Shown one piece after another: positions 51,101-61,100 of a DNA stretch of 64,000 nucleotides. The notes beneath the pieces are model-generated. The model searched no databases. It was not told the origin of the DNA and saw nothing but the letters and a program-made list of their open reading frames with translations. This stretch comes from Gordius albopunctatus (lineage: Eukaryota), in contig OZ193910.1 in assembly GCA_964276515.1 (NCBI GenBank), forward strand, positions 5,456,001 to 5,520,000. Direction: 5' to 3'. Within the stretch, counting starts at the first letter, position 1; the number at the start of each line of letters is the position of its first letter. Position numbers and translations under genes: made by a program.

Positions 51101-52062
51101 TGAGGTTGGACAATTAAAATTAAAGTTGGGATTATATTAAAGCTGTTTGATTTATAAGAATTTTGTAAGTTTAATAATACAAAAGAGTATCTGGGAAAAG
51201 TGTTATTAATTGTATGATATTGGAGAGAAAAAAGGCTCAAAGGATTCAACAAAGGTCATATTAAAACTTGTAAGGTATACATTACTTACATTTTGTGATA
51301 TGGAAACATTATAAAGTGTTTGTAAACATGGAGTTTCTTCTGATAATAGCTAAGTTGATTAATGCTTCTACATGATATATGATTGTTGTTTGGAAGTAAA
51401 ATCAATACTGAGGATTTGATCAATCACTTTCTCTTTGTATTTTTTTTTGTTGGTTTAATATCATGATGAATGATTTTTTGCTTAAAATGAGTGTTCATAA
51501 TTGGTTTAGTGATGAATGTTTGAGGGCTTCAATTTGCTTGTCTGTTAAACAAATCAAAATGCTGTGATGATGAGATGTTAAAGAATGCCATTAAGATAAT
51601 AAAATTCTAAGTGTAACACAATATCTCTTCTATCCTTTGAATTGGAATTATGCAGAATTTTTTAAGTATGCATCATTTAGTTTATGTTATGAAAATCATA
51701 GTAGTAAATAGTGTTGTAAAAGGAGCTGGCCGCTGGGTTCTGTATAGTCCACCTTTGCTTTTACAACTAGCCTCGACTAGTTTATCAAATGCATATGTTT
51801 TTAGAAAAGTGATATTTCAAGGCTTTAAGCCATTCTGCTCTTTCTAAAATGGTAAAAGGCTAGAATAATTGTTGAACTTTTGTTATAGAATGCTTGCTGA
51901 ATTTATCAGACCCTATTCGAATCAATATGAAAAAATAATATTTTTTTCAACCTTAAATTTTTTCAATTTTTTTGTTGAACCATATAGCCCTCATGAAATT
52001 TTTCGATATCGGACGTGAATTCCTTAAAAGAAATTTTTTTGCTCAGTGCGCAAAAATTATTA
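48102..52062 (-). mobile_element. Apparently full-length CRE/HERO-type RT+RLE non-LTR retrotransposon
   Basis: Single uninterrupted ORF, AATAAA at 48147-48142, 31-nt poly(A) (T-run 48102-48132), ~1-kb upstream region, bounded by 555-bp direct repeats. Confidence 0.9.
48202..51078 (-). CDS. Zn-finger, reverse transcriptase and restriction-like endonuclease polyprotein (~958 aa from the ATG at 51078; frame open to 51252)
   Basis: N-terminal CPTC...HGP...RCPSS; RT motifs SAAGLDG, VRPIAIG, KLDFANAFN, GIQQGDPLGPPLF, WYLDDATL, LLGSPIG; GGLGI; CxxC...H..C knuckle (CQNC...RHPLHC), RH, RPDG, WDFTC, E..K..KY (RLE). Confidence 0.95.
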   Translation of the reverse strand: MLIPKPLCPTCKRRICLDKHNCFWIHGPVSSRCPSSGKLPPPCLPIPPLASNFEETPLLPIPSPVIPPSLQYSPSINQPPDSSWSNSFLTNPFPNTISRIPRGARPSIQQSLLNIFTSIIKNPYNLTNWDKLFKFPYYILYVREPNEHNLSSLIKESLLCFNTDVPITCTSKTKPFPLEPTINQTAKHISNKIHNFNPKSALRAFYDNNSIAPCCPDSYRELNQKHPAASSASRYPTTPSSIVLESSDIREALNSFPLDSAAGLDGWRPVYLQDLLNLNNLNTEPLLNSITSFCNIIVNGKFPHEIIPILFGAKLIAIKKPDNSVRPIAIGSLFRRIISKTLCKLIKPSLSAKLRPHQLGFGIKGGCEAASHAGRITLQNIPTESCFVKLDFANAFNCIRRETLINTFLAEFPQFVNYILLSYGSTTKLRFGEYVIDSSEGIQQGDPLGPPLFCLAIHNLVEAISSQCILDLNVWYLDDATLCGRPEEISKAIQIINNFKPTLNLTLNSKKCEIFQAPNTIDFPIFKPFLVLEKENISLLGSPIGGEKSLLNFLHKNLEILKSKTELLKCLPAHHSFYIIKNYFNISKINHCFRSSGAFLHPDVLKSYEGFLKTLLEKILNLKFNTNNWIQASLPTKSGGLGIRPPGSISLAAFISSFKSVQNLIFNLIKHDSDPLLTQALELWNLNVTPETIQPQSTRQKDWDSGLVSRSVDYLLSSSDDSQHYNLRSLAFDGSGHEWLEAYPSKLLGMLLEDFELSYSIALRLGISYSREFNCQNCLTVVDEYARHPLHCLANKYKYVRHTKANLLIQAALKKAKIPSILEPSDPSLEGRMRPDGSSLVPWQNGLSLKWDFTCIDLFAPSHFNYDPIATEEGRKTTKYSALLASNIFIPVVATCSGSFGKQAMGFFKEIGKRTPKSKISASFLLRQQLGILVARYNFKSFADSWPILEENDINLCI

Positions 52063-52617
52063 TACTTTTTTTAACAAAAATAGCAACACTGTGGATAAAT
52101 CAGTGTCATAAATGAGGACGGGAAATTACGTAAAAGTTTTTGATTAATTACTAAATTAAATGGGTCAAAATATTATAGCTTAGTTACATCAAAGACTTTA
52201 AGACACTTATAAAAACCTAGAAACATAAGAAGGATTTTTTGAAGGAGGGGGTTATAAAATTTTCATGGTTAAATTTTTTTTGTAACTATTTTTTTGGATA
52301 AAAATAATTTTTTTTGAAATCCAATGTTTGTTGTGCTTTTACTTGTTACAGATAAAAATTAGTCGAAAGATAAAAATAATTTATAATTTGTGTAATAATT
52401 ACAAGGGCTTAAGAACATTATATTTTTGGAGGGTCATAACAAAGACACCAAGCTTAGTTACAGTTTCTTTGATATTGTAACCCTCCCTTCCCCTTATACC
52501 AAAAAAATTTATACAACCCTGCGTATCCTCCTGGCTTAATTGTTATAATAAAAGTTGAATGTCCTGTCCGGTAATCGTTTCGTATTAGCTTAGCAAAGTC
52601 TTTAATTTAATATTAGT
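52063..52617 (+). repeat. 555-bp direct repeat, copy 2 (putative giant TSD)
   Basis: TACTTTTTTTAACAAAAATAGCAACACTGTGG ... CTTTAATTTAATATTAGT, same length and sequence as 47548-48102. Confidence 0.93.
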
Positions 52618-52696
52618 ACACTTTATAGATAGGAAGATAGCTTAGAGATTAACAAGTTTAACTGCACTGCACGCACAACAGCACACATCGTGTTGT

Positions 52697-53715
52697 CAGG
52701 CGCGTAGCCAAGGGGCCAGAAAGTGGGACGTTTCTCGCCCCTTGACCAAAATTTGAAAATTTTTTTGTTTAATAATTAGATTAAATGGGTTAAAATATTA
52801 TAGTTTAGTTGCATAAAAGATTTTGAGACACTTATAAAAGTCAGGAAACATAATATATACATTCAATTTTTAGAATTTAATTTTCGACTTGCACCCAAAA
52901 TTATAATTTTCCACCATTGATTGTAAATTGCATGTATGTATGATTGCCGCGAAGATTTGTAAATTATGAAGAATTCTATACAAAAAATTTCCCCCCTTAA
53001 AATACCAAACCCTGGTATTTCTAGTAAGTGACTTAGGCTTTTATTTTATGTTTATATAGGATTGATCTCTTATTTATATTAATTTTTATTGTGATTACAT
53101 TACATTGCCAATTTTAAAAATTTCTAGACGATGAAGAACAAGAAGAAGATTCAATATCAATTGAAACACTCACACCTATTGTTTTAAACAATAATATTGA
53201 TGAAAATGCCTCAACTATTCTAAAGTTAAATGGTATATGTATATGTAAAATTTTATCTTTTTTAGTTTATTTTTAGAAATAATTAAAATTTGTAAAATTT
53301 TAATTGAAATAATTTAATGTTAGATATAAAATCATCATCAAACCAGCAGCCATATGACATATCTTTGTATGTTAACACCATACAAACATTATGAAGATAA
53401 GATGGCAGAATTTAATAAAATTTATCAACCACCACTTTTATTCAATTTCCCTCCTGATGAAACAGCTAAAAAGCTGAAATTTAATTTCTCTTGGTTTCAT
53501 AAATGGAGCTGGCTCTCCTATTCTCCCCGAGAAAATGGCGCTTATTGTAAATTTGGTGTGTTCTTTGGACCAAGGTATGGTGGTAAAGGGGATCAAAAGT
53601 TGAAAGCCCTTGTCATATTGTACGCCAAGTTTATTTTTGTTATATTAAAAATAAAAGTGTCGAAAATTTTTTTTAATCTTTCTGGCCCCTTGAGAAAATC
53701 CTGGCTACGCGCCTG
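52697..53715 (+). mobile_element. hAT deletion derivative with N-terminal transposase (TTF-type Zn finger) remnant
   Basis: TIRs CAGGCGCGTAGCCA / TGGCTACGCGCCTG; perfect TSD CGTGTTGT (52689-52696, 53716-53723); peptide FNFSWFHKWSWLSYSPRENGAYCKF resembles ZnF_TTF of ZMYM1-like hAT transposases. Confidence 0.9.
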
Positions 53716-55309
53716 CGTGTTGTTGATGATGTCAATAACAACTTGCTAATAACAAACCCTTAGCATATAACTAAGGGTCCATCGGGTCTCTATGGAAAAA
53801 TAATAGACTAGCTAATTGTCGGTATTCAACACACCCACACTGAATGTCTTCACCAGAAAAGGAGACTAACAGTGTGGGTGTGGCTCTTTTTCTTATGACT
53901 ATAATACCCCCTCAGCACACCCTAGGGCGCGCTATCTAGCGCGCCAATCACAACACTACGAGGGACCGTGTCATAAACCTTCTCCGAGTCAATAGAAACC
54001 ATATATAGTTTTATCTCTTTTTGCCATATTTATTCATAATTTGTCTTACTGCGAAGATCGGGGGATGGGGGACTTTTCGGACTCAAATCCGATTTTGCCA
54101 GCTTTGTTACTAATAACCTTTCCATATGTTTCAAGGAGTATTAAGTTGTCTTGATACCTCTGTAATTGCCACATTCCTGAGGGTCTCCTTTGAAAGGTAT
54201 AATTGTGCTCGCTCTCCATTGATTAGGATTCGCTCCTCTATTAATATTGTCTTAAAGAGGTTCATCATGATCGTGACTCCAGTGGCGTAGCTATGGGGAG
54301 CCATGATGGCCAAGACCCCCCCCCCAATGGCTAAATCCTTGCCCTTTCGACCCCCCCCCCCTCATCAAGGATAAATCCTGACCCCTTTGGCCTCCCCCAA
54401 GCAATTATTTGATATATCGTAATATAATTAATAATACTAAGTAAACTTTTAATTGAACTAAGTTACTTAATTAAATTTTCGCTTGGTTATTTTTTTTAAC
54501 AAACAATGAAAGAAGGTGGAAACAACAGCTTGAATCAAATATATGATATATATTTGGATTGGATACGGGCTATACCGAATTGTTTTAAAAGTCGCTATAT
54601 AGTTTTACCAATGGTGTTTAAAAATTAACATTTTTCTTGTCAACCTTTCCATTTTGGGCTTTAATTGATTCGTATAGTTTTATGCATTCGTATAATCTTT
54701 CTAATTAGATAATTTCGCTGTTATTTTTTTTTAACTATATGTATTTTTGATTATAAATAGAATTTATTTTAAAGTGCGTTAGTCTCTAAGCAAAATTACC
54801 CTCAAGTTTTTGCTTTAAAAAATACAACGAACCGGCGGGCCGTTATGTAACCTAGCGGGCTCGGGCCTTATTCGTTAAGCCCGTTACAAATTAAAAAAAG
54901 TTGAATTATTATGATGTTTTATATTGATTTATAATTATTTAATGTTTATTAAATTAACAATGAAAATAAAACAATTATTTTCTTTTCCTTACTCATTCAT
55001 TGATTAATATCTCAATGCGCATTTCAAATAAATAAGTGTTAATTTGAGATAATTAAAGATAATGTGTACGGTCCCGGGCTCGAGCTTTGTGAAAAATTAG
55101 CGCGCATGGTTTATAATATATTAGTTTTATGGGTCAGGACATGGCCTAGGGTTTATATATTTGTAATTGACCTAAAGAGACCCGTTACAGATCTATAATT
55201 TCGCAAGCTCATGCGTAAGTCGAAGTTAAACTAAAGAGGGAAGACATAAGATTTGGAAACATAATATTGATAGGACTTAAAAAGGTACGAGTTTAAGTAA
55301 ATTTTGAAA

Positions 55310-55565
55310 AAGAAATTACACAAAGGAATTGCTGATTATATCGCACTTGATTGATTTAAAATTTGTGTGATGGAGTTTATAAATTTTGATGTTTCTTTAA
55401 GGAATTGGCTGCCCTCGGGACCTAAGTAACCGAGGTTAATATTGCTGAGATATTTGTATTTTTCCACTTTCTTTCTCTCAGTAGAAGAGATGAGGTCGGG
55501 AGAGGCGTTAGATTTGGCAAATATATCCACTGTAGTGAAGTCCCAGTAGGCGTTTAGGTCAAGAG
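55310..55565 (-). pseudogene. Old CRE/HERO-type RLE remnant
   Basis: Minus strand AYWDFTTVDIFAKSN...TERKKVEKYKYL...GYLGPEGSQFLKE parallels the RLE tail of the 48202 ORF. Confidence 0.65.
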
Positions 55566-55619
55566 CCCAAGCTTTATTTATTATTTTTGCAACTATTATA
55601 TTACTTTAATATTTCACAG

Positions 55620-56972
55620 GTTTCAAGAGAGAAGGTATTTATAGCTCACATTATTTTAGAATATTTATCATATATATTCTATTTGTTTTCCTAGACCTTC
55701 CCGCATATCCTATTTACCCCGTAGTTGATTCGAAAGGTATTTCATATCATTGAAGATACTATTATAAACTAGCTGTGCCCGGCCAAGCGTTGCTTTGGCT
55801 CAGTCCTTAAGTGGTTAAATAAGTATAACCTATTAATAAGACTTATCTAAAATGGGGTCATATAATAATTCAAATAAATAAAATATCCATAATATTTATT
55901 TAGAGCACGAATTTTATCACGTCATGGATTTTATGAACCCACTATTTTTAGTATATATATAATAAGACAAACCAAATGCGAATTCTATTTTAGTCATCAA
56001 ATCCGACTAAAATTAAATGTTTTTGAAAAAATTGCTGATTAATGCTGTTACTTATTATACAATAATACCATTATTCTATTTTTCTAGTTAGCTGATTTAT
56101 TTGAATTACAATTTTCTTTAATATAATCAAATATTTAATTGAAGGATGGATAATTATTAAAAATATGCTTTTATGATCGACCACGTAATAATAATTTAAA
56201 TATTATTTATTTAATTTGAATAGTTTGTTAAACCCCAATAATTTTGACCGTATACTGTAACATTTTTATTATACTTTTAAATATCTAATGCGAGAAAACT
56301 TCAGCCTTGTATGTATGACGTCATTATTGTATATGATGCTATAAATGAAACTGGCCGGGAAATGTCCGATATTTTTAAAACGAAAAGGTATTTTAGGATT
56401 CTAAAAAAGCTTTTTTACCCCTGGCATCCCTGGGCATCTACGGCTAAATTTTCGTGCGAATCGGGACGGTGGTTTTAGAATTAGGCCATTTTTTTAAAAC
56501 TAAAAGGCCCATATTTTTAAGACTAAAAGGAATTTTAGGATTCTGAAAAAACTATTTTACCCCTGGCCGCCCTGGGCAACTATGGTTAAACTTTCGCGCG
56601 AATCGGGCCGGTAGTTTCAGAATTTAGCCCTTACATACATGCACACATACATATATACATAGACTTTACTTTATATATATAGATTAAGAAAAAATATGAA
56701 GCAAATATCAAATAATAATTGGATTTTCTTAATTATTTATTTGTTTATTTTTAAAGATAAGACATTAGTTGAAAGAGTTGAATGTTCCGAAGGAGTTTGC
56801 CTAGTAGGATATGAAGCCTATACCGACTTTGTTGGATGCTTTTGTAAGTTTTTCAAAAATATAATTTTATTTTCGTAATTTTGCTTTTCAAAAATGTAAA
56901 TATATATTTCTCCTAGCCCGAATCGACTTGAAGTCAAGGAGACAGATAAAGCCAAAAACAATCGAAATTTAA
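55620..56972 (+). CDS. 3' part of a small unknown multi-exon gene
   Basis: Four GT-AG exons joined in phase 1 (55620-55634, 55695-55736, 56757-56843, 56917-56972) give FKREDLPAYPIYPVVDSKDKTLVERVECSEGVCLVGYEAYTDFVGCFSRIDLKSRRQIKPKTIEI*; start uncertain (candidate ATG-C|GTAAGT at 55211-55214). Confidence 0.45.
55769..56683 (-). mobile_element. Non-autonomous Helitron-like element, copy 2
   Basis: CTAG 3' end, hairpin, TC 5' end, A|T site; same family as 19708-20456 with an extra internal ~140-bp tandem duplication near 56370-56630. Confidence 0.78.
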
Positions 56973-57019
56973 CAAAAAAATATCTTAGGATTCTAAAATT
57001 AAAAAGGAAGAAGATTCAA

Positions 57020-57076
57020 CCTGACGCCAACCCTCCACTTTTTGCACACGGATTTGGGACCGTAGTAGGTGTGTTA
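57020..57076 (-). mobile_element. Isolated RTE family A 5'-end motif
   Basis: Reverse complement AACACACCTACTACGGTCCCAAATCCGTGTGCAAAAAGTGGAGGGTTGGCGTCAGG matches 24145-24200. Confidence 0.6.
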
Positions 57077-58195
57077 AACGCCTCAAGATCTAAAGGAGAT
57101 TTTAATGAAAAGTACCTTATATCTCCAATAAAGTAACTTAGATACCAGACTAATTAATAACTTACTTCTGCAACAAGGGGGGAACTGCAGAGTGTTAAAA
57201 ATTGAATTATAAAATATGTTGCACAAATTAGTAATGGGAAATGCAAATATATGTGTGAAGTTGGGTTATTATTGTTCATTTCTTCCCTAATCACTACTTA
57301 TACCATTCCAACGATGTCCCTACATTCACACAATTTAATTTGCTATTCACTTTTTAAATAGCATGGCCTTGAGAGGTTAGCGCATGAGCGTAGCTAGGGG
57401 ATGGCAGGGAAAGACGGCTGCCCCCTCTTAATTCAAAAATATGCTAAAATTTCAATAAATTATCATTTTGCCCTCCCTAAATCATTATTGCCCCCTTTAA
57501 ATCCAATTCTGGCTACGCCGATGAGCATGCAGTTTAACAATAATGAGAGTATAAAAATAGTAACACACCTAGTTAAGGCGGTCTTATAATTTTCAAGCAT
57601 TTAACAACCACAGCTTGATTTATTAAAGGTTACCTCATGCATGTTAAATAAACTTTTATTATAATTAAAATAACAATATTGCTTTGCTAGTCAAGCTTGA
57701 ACTCTTAATGAGGTAAATGCAACAATTACCTCTAGAACTTCACATGTAACCATAAATTTTATAATCGAGTTATCTATAGGAAAAATAGAAACAAAAATAT
57801 TTCTTATTAGTAAGCATAAAATTTAAATGCTATGCTATATTGATTCATATAAACTTTATAGCACAATATATAAAGGGTGTCCTTTAAGGCCTGTGAGGGT
57901 CTCACACATCTGAACAAAGATGTATTGAGAAAATATTTTGCTAAAATTACTTAAAATTTGTAAATATATCATAATCGTTCATGGGCGTAGCCAGGTTTTG
58001 GATTAGGGGGGGGGCGAAACGTTTAAAAGTTCAATTAGGGGGGCGGCAAAACATAGGGTTTTTGCATTGTATTTTTTTTGTAATTTATCCCCCCCCCCTG
58101 GCTATACCCATGGACTCCATTATAGTGAATATCCGATCAATGGAGTGTTAACAACACTATCCATCCTTGAAAAACAGCCGGTAGATTCAAAATTT

Positions 58196-61100
58196 ATGCC
58201 TTATATATACAGTGTGACTAAAAGCGTTGAAATTAACAATCAATTATGCAAGAAGCTATTGGAAAAATATAAATTAGATGCAAAAAATTTTATCACTAAA
58301 GGGAACCTTAGTGTGCAAGTAATAATTTGTATTGTATTCAATTAGATTTTTTCCTTTGCTTAAAATGTTAACATGAAATTTCTGATGCTATGAAACTATC
58401 ATGTTTTCTGATAGATTAGCTAACTTTATAACATGATCAATTTCTGCCTATAATTTTAATTTATTTACTGAATGATTAATATGATCTAATATCAAATCTT
58501 TTCCATCAATGTTAAATGATAAAATTAATGTGATTTAGACCCTAACCAAAGGAAACTTTATTTATGGAAATTCTTTATCCAGCTTAGATTATTCATTTGT
58601 TGATAATACAATGTCTGTTCCAAGGTAATTAAATTTTATTAAATGATATGAATTAATAAAAGAATTTTACATGAAATGGGTAATATGATTGAAGCAAATA
58701 AACACATTGAAGGTATATTTCGTAAGTCTGGCTCTTGTCCTAGGCAAATTCAAGTTCAAGTATTTTTAATATTATCTAAATTTTACTTATTAAACAAATC
58801 ATAAGAAATACATAGATCAACATGGTCACATCCCAAAGCACATTGTATTTAATGTGTTTGATGCTTGCTGCCTCTTTAAAGCTTTTTTTGCAAAACTACC
58901 AGAACCCATAATTCCTATTCATATGTGGCCATTATTTTTAAAAGCATTTCATACAATACCACTGGAGGAGTTTAAAATTGATGCTCTCATGCACCTCATC
59001 TTACTCCTTCCCTACAATAACATCAACATCTTAAGGTATATTTTTAAATTATCAATCAATTATTTTTTAGTTTATAGGAAATTTGTTTAGAACTAATTTT
59101 TCCATATGTTACTAATTAAGGTACACCTTTATCCTTCTGTCAAAAGTTTCTTTGTGTTGTGCTAGTAATAAAATGTCATCAGATAATCTTGCAACCGTAA
59201 TGACCCCAAATTTTTTGCATGATATAAGTTCTTTGTCTTGGAAAGAATTTCAACCATGGATTCAAATAATAAAACTTTTAATCCTAAACTCAGCTCAAAT
59301 TGGAGCTATTCCTGATGGTATTGATATAACAAGCGATTATGACTCCAACACATCTACAAATATTAGCCGTATCAAGTACACTATTAATTCTATCCAGATG
59401 AGAGTTTTATTTTTTATCATTTGTTGATACAAAAGTCTTTGATGGTCTAAAGGTATACTAATAATCAATTTTCTAAAACATTAATCTGGTAAAAAAGCAT
59501 GGAAAAACGAACATTATAATTTAAACATGGTTTTATACAAAATCCAATCCACAAATTGCATACTATTTTTAAAATTGTTATTATTGAAGTAGTAAAGTCA
59601 ATGAAAAGTCTCCAAAAACGCGAAACAAACCAATTTCACTGGACTTGCGAGATGGGAACTTAAAACCTAATGGGAATCAAGCGCCTCATCGCCTTTTAAA
59701 TGCAACCAAATCGGAAGCCATCAAAATTAGGATTGACAAGGCATCATCATCACCTCACAATCAAATAATGCACGGAGATGATTTTAAAACGAATAAATTA
59801 GGCATCACAGCACCCCTTAGACCTCCTCGACACGGTACACAGACTACCAACAAATCTAAACTTGCTAACACACAAGAGTCGACTCCGAAAGGTAGTAGTA
59901 AATTAATAATTCAGTTATTCCTTTTAATATGATCTAATATATGGTAAAAGGGTTTTCCAAAAATGTCTCTTACTTACACTTCCTGTTATGGATGTATTTG
60001 TCCTATATATATAAATTTTAATATGGTTGTTAGATCTGTTCATCAAGCTAAACTTTTTTAAGGATTGTTTTTAATGACTGGCGAATGTTTGGCCGACCAC
60101 CTTTGGTTAAACTAGGAGTAACAACCGTCGACCCTTCTCTGTTTTTTAAATTTACACCTAGGCTAGAGGCCAATTAAGATAACAGACCAAACACCTTTGG
60201 TATTTGTATGTTTGGGTAACTAAAGAGCCCTTTTTGCAACACTAGTCACAACAACATTTACTTGAAATGAGCCAATTATTCCCCAAAATTTGTGAAAAAG
60301 TGTTGTCCCTTAATGGTATTAATTATCTGATTGGATACAGGGGAGTTGATTATGGAAAGCTGCAGTGAACCTGCGTTTGGGACGCCGGTGAATAGCGTGG
60401 ATTATGGGGAAGGGATTAGCAACCGCGATGCATTATCTGGCCTCAGGCGCAAAAAAAATCGACGTAGCGGCTCTTTTATCGTAGGTAAAAGCTGTGCAGA
60501 ATCACAAATTATTATCCATAATATTAGAAGTGCTATAAAAAAGGCTGGGTTTTACAACAGTTAATTGTGTAAAGTTTTGGCGGAGTAAGGTAGTATTTAT
60601 AGAAATTTGGATATTTTTATGGATAGTTTAAGGCCTGCAAATTCGCGCTTTTAATCTAGAGACTTTTATATTTTCTTGGATACTGATTAATTTACACAAC
60701 GAACAAAGTTATAATCAACTGTAAGGCATTTTTAAGTCTATATTTAAAAAATTAAGCTAATTTGTCCCGGGGCTGGTTCGTGGGGCTAAATGGCCTACCA
60801 ATTTTTACTATATGGCTCCGCCTATGCTTGGCAATCCTTACTTTAAATGCAAATCTTGATCTAATCCCATCATGTTAAATCTTAAGCAAATCGAGGTTAT
60901 TTATGACAAAGGGTTTAAGCACGGTCTGAAGAGGATAGCCGAAAAGACGCACATCCATAACGCCCTAACCCCCAACGATAATTTGCCCGATACGAAAAGT
61001 CCATCGGCTCCTAACTTGATAAATTTCGTGTCTGAAACTAATAATGGCCACGTTAAAGGAGAGCACGATGATATATGTATACGTGTTATTAACCATCCAC

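Noticed and set aside
51079..51252. N-terminal extension of the 1016-aa ORF
   Set aside because: Begins at a non-ATG codon and is low-complexity AT-rich sequence; recognisable motifs start after the ATG at 51078.
47548..52617. 555-bp repeats as LTRs of an LTR retrotransposon
   Set aside because: No TG...CA ends, PBS, PPT or outer TSD; the enclosed ORF is a non-LTR RT+RLE with a poly(A) tail.
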